From Eledone cirrhosa (Eukaryota): a stretch of 64,000 nt of DNA. The stretch covers positions 65,720,001 to 65,784,000 of the forward strand of contig OZ024743.1 in the NCBI GenBank assembly GCA_964016885.1. The letters run 5' to 3'. Both the position numbers and the translations under genes were made by a program. This document shows, piece by piece, positions 53,601 to 64,000 of this stretch. A model generated the notes under the pieces. The model did no database searches. It had not been told where the DNA came from and saw only the letters and a program-made list of their open reading frames with translations. The stretch's first letter is position 1. Every line of letters begins with the position of its first letter.

Positions 53601-56600
53601 ACCACGTTAGTAACACAACCACTACCATGTTAGTAACACAACCACAACCACGTTAGTAACACAACCACTACTATGTTAGTAACACAACCACTACCACATT
53701 AGTAACACAACCACTACCACGTTAGTAAAACAACCACTACTATGTTAATAACACAACCACTACTATGTTAGTAACACAACCACTACCACGTTAGTAACAC
53801 AACCACTACTATGTTGGTAACACTACCACTACCACGTTAGTAACACAACCACTACTATGTTAGTAACACAACCACTATCACGTTAGTAACACAACCACTA
53901 CCACGTTAGTAACACAACCACTACCATGTTAGTAACACAACCACTACCACGTTAGTAACACAACCACAACCACGTTAGTAACACAACCACTACTATGTTA
54001 GTAACAGAACCACTACCACATTAGTAACACAACCACTACCACGTTAGTAAAACAACCACTACTATGTTAATAACACAACCACTACTATGTTAGTAACACA
54101 ACCACTACAACGTTAGTAACACAACCACTACTATGTTGGTAACACTACCACTACCACGTTAGTAACACAACCACTACTATGTTAGTAACACAACCACTAC
54201 CACGTTAGTAACACAACCACTACCATGTTAGTAACACAACCACTACCACGTTAGTAACACAACCACTACCACATTAGTAACACAACCACTACCACGTTAG
54301 TAACACAACCACTACCACGTTAGTAACGCAACCACTACTATGTTAGTAACAGAACCACTACCACGTTAGTAACACAACCACTACCACGTTAGTAACACAA
54401 CCACTACCACGTTAGTAACACAACCACTACCACGTTAGTAACACAACCACTACCATGTCAGTAGCACAACCACTACCCGTTAGTAACACAACCACTACCA
54501 CGTTAGTAACACAACCACTACCACGTTAGTAACACAACCACTACCATGTTAGTAACACAACCACTACCACGTTAGTAACACAACCACTACCAGATTAGTA
54601 ACACAACCACTACCACGTTAGTAACACAACCACTACCACGTTAGTAACACAACCACTACTATGTTAGTAACAGAACCACTACCACGTTAGTAACACAACC
54701 ACTACCACGTTAGTAACACAACCAATACCACGTTAGTAACACAACCACTACCATCTTAGTAACACAACCACTACCACGTTAGTAACAGAACCACTACCAC
54801 GTTAGTAACACAACCACTACTACAGAACCACTACCACCTTAGTAACACAACCACTACCACGTTAGTAACACAACCACTACCACGTTAGTAACACAACTAC
54901 TACTACAGAACCACTACCACCTTAGTAACACAACCACTACCACGTTAGTAACACAACCACTACCACGTTAGTAACACAACCACTACCACGTTAGTAACAC
55001 AACCACTACCACGTTAGTAACACAACCACTACCACGTTAGTAACACAACCACTACCACGTTAGTAACACAACCACTACTACAGAACCACTACCACCTTAG
55101 TAACACAACCACTACCACATTAGTAACATAACCACTACCACGTTAGTAACAAAACCACTACTACAGAACCACTACCACCTTAGTAACACAACCACTACCA
55201 CTTTAGTAACACAACCACTACTACAGAACCACTACCACCTTAGTAACACAACCACTACCACGTTAGTAACACAACCACTACCACGTTAGTACCACAACCA
55301 CTACCACCTTAGTAACACAAACACTACCACGTTAGTGACACAACCACTACCATGTTAGTAACACAACCACTACCACGTTAGTAAGACAACCACTACTATG
55401 TTAGTAACACAACCACTCCCACGTTAGTAACACAACCACTACCACATTAGTAACACAACCACTACCACATTAGTAACACAACCATTACCACGTTAGTAAC
55501 ACAACCACTACCACGTTAGTAACACAACCACTCCCACGTTAGTAACACAACCATTACCACGTTAGTAACACAACCACTACCACGTTAGTAACACAACCAT
55601 TACCACGTTAGTAACACAACCACTACCACGTTAGTAACACAACCACTACCACGTTAGTAACACTACCACTACCACGTTAGTAACACAACCACTACCACGT
55701 TAGTAACACAACCACTACTATGTTAGTAACACAACCACTACCATGTTAGTAACACAACCACTACCACGTTAGTAACACAACCACTACCACGTTAGTAACA
55801 CAACCACTACCACGTTAGTAATACAACCACTACCACGTTAGTAACACAACCACTACCACGTTAGTAACACAACCACTACCACGTTAGTAACACAACCACT
55901 ACCACCTTAGTAACACAACCACTACCACGTTAGTAAAACAACCACTACCACGTTAGTAACACAACCACTACTATGTTAGTAACACAACCACTACCACATT
56001 AGTAACACAACCACTACCACGTTAGTAACACAACCACTACTATGTTAGTAACACAACCACTACCACGTTAGTAACACAACCATTACCACGTTAGTAACAC
56101 AACCACTACCACGTTAGTAACACAACCACTACCACGTTAGTAACACTACCACTACCTCGTTAGTAACACAACAACTACCACGTTAGTAACACAACCACTA
56201 CTATGTTAGTAACACAACCACTACCATGTTAGTAACACAACCACTACCACGTTAGTAACACAACCACTACTATGTTAGTAACACAACCACTACCACGTTA
56301 GTAACACGACCACTACCACGTTAGTAACACAACCACTACCACGTTAGTAATACAACCACTACCACGTTAGTAACACAACCACTACCACGTTAGTAACACA
56401 ACCACTACCACGTAAGTAACACAACCACTACCACCTTAGTAACACAACCACTACCACGTTAGTAAAACAACCACTACCACGTTAGTAACACAACCACTAC
56501 CACGTTAGTAACACAACCACTACCACGTTAGTAACACAACCACTACCACGTTAGTAACACAACCACTACCACGTTAGTAACACAACCACTACCACGTTAG

Positions 56601-59600
56601 TAACACCACCACTACCATGTTAGTAACACAACCACTACCACGTTAGTAACACAACCACTACCACGTTAGTAACACAACCACTACTATGTTAGTAACACAA
56701 CCACTACCACGTTAGTAACACAACCACTACCACGTTAGTAACACAACCACTACCACGTTAGTAACACAACCACTACCACGTTAGTAACACAACCACTACT
56801 ACAGAACCACTACCACCTTAGTAACAAAACCACTACCACGTTAGTAACACAACCACTACCACGTTAGTAACACAATCACTACCACGTTAGTAATAAAACC
56901 ACTACCACGTTAGTAACACAACCACTACCACGTTAGTAACACAACCACTACCACGTTAGTAACACAACCACTACCACATTAGTAACACTACCACTACCTC
57001 GTTAGTAACACAACAACTACCGCGTTAGTAATACAACCACTACCACGTTAGTAACACAACCACTACCACGTTAGTAACACAACCACTACCACGTTAGTAA
57101 CACAACCACTACCACCTTAGTAACACAACCACTACCACGTTAGTAAAACAACCACTACCACGTTAGTAACACAACCACTACCACGTTAGTAACACAACCA
57201 CTACCACGTTAGTAACACAACCACTACCACGTTAGTAACAGAACCACTACAACGTTAGTAACACAACCACTAACACGTTAGTAACACAACCACTAACACG
57301 TTAGTAACACAACCACTACCATGTTAGTAACACAACCACTACCATGTTAGTAACACAACCACTACCACGTTAGTAACACAACCACTACCACATTAGTAAC
57401 ACAACCACTACCACGTTAGTAACACAACCACTACCACGTTAGTAACACAACCACTACCACATTAGTAACACAACCACTACCACGTTAGTAATACAACCAT
57501 TACCACGTTAGTAACACAACCACTACCACGTTAGTAACACAACCACTACCACGTTAGTAACACAACTACTACCACGTTAGTAATACAACCACTACCACGT
57601 TAGTAACACAACCACTACTATGTTAGTAACACAACCACTACCACGTTAGTAACACAACCACTACCACGTTAGTAACACAACCACTACCAGGTTAGTAACA
57701 CAACCACTACCACGTTAGTAACACAACCACTACCACGTTAGTAACACAACCACTACCACGTTAGTAAAACAACCACTACCACGTTAGTAACTCAACCACT
57801 ACTATGTTAGTAACACAACCACTACCACGTTAGTAACACAACCACTACCACGTTAGTAACACAACCACTACTATGTTAGTAACACAACCACTACCACGTT
57901 AGTAACACAACCATTACCACGTTAGTAACACAACCACTACCACGTTAGTAACACAACCACTACCACGTTAGTAACACAACCACTACCATGTTAGTAACAC
58001 AACCACTACCACGTTAGTAACACAACCACTACTATGTTAGTAACACAACCACTACCACGTTAGTAACACAACCACTACCACGTTAGTAACACAACCACTA
58101 CCACGTTAGTAATACAACCACTACCACGTTAGTAACACAACCACTACCACGTTAGTAACACAACCACTACCACGTAAGTAACACAACCACTACCACCTTA
58201 GTAACACAACCACTACCACGTTAGTAAAACAACCACTACCACGTTAGTAACACAACCACTACCACGTTAGTAACACAACCACTACCACGTTAGTAACACA
58301 ACCACTACCACGTTAGTAACACAACCACTACCACGTTAGTAACACAACCACTACCACGTTAGTAACACCACCACTACCATGTTAGTAACACAACCACTAC
58401 CACGTTAGTAACACAACCACTACCACGTTAGTAACACAACCACTACCACGTTAGTAATACAACCACTACCACGTTAGTAACACAACCACTACCACGTTAG
58501 TAACACAACCACTACCACGTAAGTAACACAACCACTACCACCTTAGTAACACAACCACTACCACGTTAGTAAAACAACCACTACCACGTTAGTAACACAA
58601 CCATTACCACGTTAGTAACACAACCACTACCACGTTAGTAACACAACCACTACCACGTTAGTAACACTACCACTACCTCGTTAGTAACACAACAACTACC
58701 ACGTTAGTAACACAACCACTACTATGTTAGTAACACAACCACTACCATGTTAGTAACACAACCACTACCACGTTAGTAACACAACCACTACTATGTTAGT
58801 AACACAACCACTACCACGTTAGTAACACAACCACTACCACGTTAGTAACACAACCACTACCACGTTAGTAATACAACCACTACCACGTTAGTAACACAAC
58901 CACTACCACGTTAGTAACACAACCACTACCACGTAAGTAACACAACCACTACCACCTTAGTAACACAACCACTACCACGTTAGTAAAACAACCACCACCA
59001 CGTTAGTAACACAACCACTACCACGTTAGTAACACAACCACTACCACGTTAGTAACACAACCACTACCACGTTAGTAATACAACCACTACCACGTTAGTA
59101 ACACAACCACTACCACGTTAGTAACACCACCACTCCCATGTTAGTAACACAACCACTACCACGTTAGTAACACAACCACTACCACGTTAGTAACACAACC
59201 ACTACCACGTTAGTAACACAACCACTACCACGTTAGTAACACAACCACTACCACGTTAGTAACACAACCACTACCACGTTAGTAACACAATCACTACCAC
59301 GTTAGTAATAAAACCACTACCACGTTAGTAACACAACCACTACCACGTTAGTAACACAACCACTACCACGTTAGTAACACAACCACTACCACATTAGTAA
59401 CACTACCACTACCTCGTTAGTAACACAACAACTACCGCGTTAGTAATACAACCACTACCACGTTAGTAACACAACCACTACCACGTTAGTAACACAACCA
59501 CTACCACGTTAGTAACACAACCACTACCACCTTAGTAACACAACCACTACCACGTTAGTAAAACAACCACTACCACGTTAGTAACACAACCACTACCACG

Positions 59601-62600
59601 TTAGTAACACAACCACTACCACGTTAGTAACAGAACCACTACAACGTTAGTAACACAACCACTAACACGTTAGTAACACAACCACTACCACGTTAGTAAC
59701 ACAACCACTACCATGTTAGTAACACAACCACAACCATGTTAGTAACACAACCACTACCACGTTAGTAACACAACCACTACCACATTAGTAACACAACCAC
59801 TACCACGTTAGTAACACAACCACTACCACGTTAGTAACACAACCACTACCACATTAGTAACACAACCACTACCACGTTAGTAATACAACCATTACCACGT
59901 TAGTAACACAACCACTACCACGTTAGTAACACAACCACTACCACGTTAGTAACACAACTACTACCACGTTAGTAATACAACCACTACCACGTTAGTAACA
60001 CAACCACTACTATGTTAGTAACACAACCACTACCACGTTAGTAACACAACCACTACCACGTTAGTAACACAACCACTACCAGGTTAGTAACACAACCACT
60101 ACCACGTTAGTAACACAACCACTACCACGTTAGTAACACAACCACTACCACGTTAGTAAAACAACCACTACCACGTTAGTAACTCAACCACTACTATGTT
60201 AGTAACACAACCACTACCACGTTAGTAACACAACCACTACCACGTTAGTAACACAACCACTACTATGTTAGTAACACAACCACTACCACGTTAGTAACAC
60301 AACCATTACCACGTTAGTAACACAACCACTACCACGTTAGTAACACAACCACTACCACGTTAGTAACAGAACCACTACAACGTTAGTAACACAACCACTA
60401 ACACGTTAGTAACACAACCACTACCACGTTAGTAACACAACCACTACCATGTTAGTAACACAACCACTACCATGTTAGTAACACAACCACTACCACGTTA
60501 GTAACACAACCACTACCACATTAGTAACACAACCACTACCACGTTAGTAACACAACCACTACCACGTTAGTAACACAACCACTACCACATTAGTAACACA
60601 ACCACTACCACGTTAGTAATACAACCATTACCACGTTAGTAACACAACCACTACCACGTTAGTAACACAACCACTACCACGTTAGTAACACAACTACTAC
60701 CACGTTAGTAATACAACCACTACCACGTTAGTAACACAACCACTACTATGTTAGTAACACAACCACTACCACGTTAGTAACACAACCACTACCACGTTAG
60801 TAACACAACCACTACCAGGTTAGTAACACAACCACTACCACGTTAGTAACACAACCACTACCACGTTAGTAACACAACCACTACCACGTTAGTAAAACAA
60901 CCACTACCACGTTAGTAACTCAACCACTACTATGTTAGTAACACAACCACTACCACGTTAGTAACACAACCACTACCACGTTAGTAACACAACCACTACT
61001 ATGTTAGTAACACAACCACTACCACGTTAGTAACACAACCATTACCACGTTAGTAACACAACCACTACCACGTTAGTAACACAACCACTACCACGTTAGT
61101 AACACAACCACTACTATGTTAGTAACACAACCACTACCATGTTAGTAACACAACCACTACCACGTTAGTAACACAACCACTACTATGTTAGTAACACAAC
61201 CACTACCATGTTAGTAACACAACCACTACCACGTTAGTAACACAACCACTACTATATTAGTAACACAACCACTACCACGTTAGTAACACAACCACTACCA
61301 CGTTAGTAACACAACCACTACCAGGTTAGTAATACAACCACTACCACGTTAGTAACACAACCACTACCACATTAGTAACACAACCACTACCACGTTAGTA
61401 ACACAACCACTACCACATTAGTAAAACAACCACTACCCCGTTAGTAACACAACCACTACCACGTTAGTAACACAACCACTACTACGTTAGTAACACAACC
61501 ACTACCACGTTAGTAACACAACCACTACCACCTTAGTAACACAACCACTACCACGTTAGTAACGCAACCACTACTATGTTAGTAACAGAACCACTACCAC
61601 GTTAGTAACACAACCACTACCACGTTAGTAACACAACCACTACCACGTTAGTAACACAACCACTACCACGTTAGTAACACAACCACTACCATGTCAGTAG
61701 CACAACCACTACCACGTTAGTAACACAACCACTACCACGTTAGTAACACAACCACTACCACGTTAGTAACACAACCACTACCATGTTAGTAACACAACCA
61801 CTACCACGTTAGTAACACAACCACTACCAGATTAGTAACACAACCACTACCACGTTAGTAACACAACCACTACCACGTTAGTAACACAACCACTACTATG
61901 TTAGTAACAGAACCACTACCACGTTAGTAACACAACTACTACCACGTTAGTAACACAACCAATACCACGTTAGTAACACAACCACTACCATCTTAGTAAC
62001 ACAACCACTACCACGTTAGTAACAGAACCACTACCACGTTAGTAACACAACCACTACTACAGAACCACTACCACCTTAGTAACACAACCACTACCACGTT
62101 AGTAACACAACCACTACCACGTTAGTAACACAACTACTACTACAGAACCACTACCACCTTAGTAACACAACCACTACCACGTTAGTAACACAACCACTAC
62201 CACGTTAGTAACACAACCACTACCACGTTAGTAACACAACCACTACCACGTTAGTAACACAACCACTACTACAGAACCACTACCACCTTAGTAACACAAC
62301 CACTACCACATTAGTAACATAACCACTACCACGTTAGTAACAAAACCACTACTACAGAACCACTACCACCTTAGTAACACAACCACTACCACGTTAGTAA
62401 CACAACCACTACTACAGAACCACTACCACCTTAGTAACACAACCACTACCACGTTAGTAACACAACCACTACCACGTTAGTACCACAACCACTACCACCT
62501 TAGTAACACAAACACTACCACGTTAGTGACACAACCACTACCATGTTAGTAACACAACCACTACCACGTTAGTAAGACAACCACTACTATGTTAGTAACA

Positions 62601-64000
62601 CAACCACTCCCACGTTAGTAACACAACCACTACCACATTAGTAACACAACCACTACCACATTAGTAACACAACCATTACCACGTTAGTAACACAACCACT
62701 ACCACGTTAGTAACACAACCACTCCCACGTTAGTAACACAACCATTACCACGTTAGTAACACAACCACTACCACGTTAGTAACACAACCATTACCACGTT
62801 AGTAACACAACCACTACCACGTTAGTAACACAAGCACTACCACGTTAGTAACACTACCACTACCACGTTAGTAACACAACCACTACCACGTTAGTAACAC
62901 AACCACTACTATGTTAGTAACACAACCACTACCATGTTAGTAACACAACCACTACCACGTTAGTAACACAACCACTACCACGTTAGTAACACAACCACTA
63001 CCACGTTAGTAATACAACCACTACCACGTTAGTAACACAACCACTACCACGTTAGTAACACAACCACTACCACGTTAGTAACACAACCACTACCACCTTA
63101 GTAACACAACCACTACCACGTTAGTAAAACAACCACTACCACGTTAGTAACACAACCACTACTATGTTAGTAACACAACCACTACCACATTAGTAACACA
63201 ACCACTACCACGTTAGTAACACAACCACTACTATGTTAGTAACACAACCACTACCACGTTAGTAACACAACCATTACCACGTTAGTAACACAACCACTAC
63301 CACGTTAGTAACACAACCACTACCACGTTAGTAACACTACCACTACCTCGTTAGTAACACAACAACTACCACGTTAGTAACACAACCACTACTATGTTAG
63401 TAACACAACCACTACCATGTTAGTAACACAACCACTACCACGTTAGTAACACAACCACTACTATGTTAGTAACACAACCACTACCACGTTAGTAACACAA
63501 CCACTACCACGTTAGTAACACAACCACTACCACGTTAGTAATACAACCACTACCACGTTAGTAACACAACCACTACCACGTTAGTAACACAACCACTACC
63601 ACGTAAGTAACACAACCACTACCACCTTAGTAACACAACCACTACCACGTTAGTAAAACAACCACTACCACGTTAGTAACACAACCACTACCACGTTAGT
63701 AACACAACCACTACCACGTTAGTAACACAACCACTACCACGTTAGTAACACAACCACTACCACGTTAGTAACACAACCACTACCACGTTAGTAACACCAC
63801 CACTACCATGTTAGTAACACAACCACTACCACGTTAGTAACACAACCACTACCACGTTAGTAACACAACCACTACTATGTTAGTAACACAACCACTACCA
63901 CGTTAGTAACACAACCACTACCACGTTAGTAACACAACCACTACCACGTTAGTAACACAACCACTACCACGTTAGTAACACAACCACTACCACGTTAGTA
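50647..64000. repeat. 23-bp satellite array (~580 units, runs off the window) with higher-order repeats
   Basis: Consensus GTTAGTAACACAACCACTACCAC. Confidence 0.98.

Noticed and set aside
50647-64000. CRISPR array or telomere
   Set aside because: No unique spacers and no cas genes; not TTAGGG, and the C-rich strand points rightwards, the wrong polarity for a right-hand telomere

Overview
Eukaryotic, AT-rich, repeat-saturated DNA with no convincing host protein-coding gene. The SINE sequences and dense (TA)n/(CA)n/(GA)n/(TAC)n microsatellites suggest an octopod cephalopod (inference). Nearly all ORFs in the supplied track are translations of simple repeats. Real protein remnants are all from decayed retrotransposons: a Tx1/L1-clade LINE (27.0-28.6 kb), an RTE 3' end (42.3-42.7 kb), a CRE-like restriction-endonuclease fragment (37.9-38.2 kb), and several distinct Penelope-like elements (PLEs; RT and/or GIY-YIG remnants). 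There are also over 20 copies of tRNA-derived Meta/MESC-core SINEs, hAT- and piggyBac-type MITEs, several minisatellites, and a >13 kb array of a 23-bp satellite with higher-order structure. The most striking hidden layer is a dense set of minimal type-I hammerhead ribozyme motifs (about a dozen with intact cores). They come from several unrelated PLE pseudo-LTR families, and some sit in fold-back cassettes inside (TA)n tracts that carry a hammerhead on both strands. Coordinates were read by eye and element boundaries are approximate.
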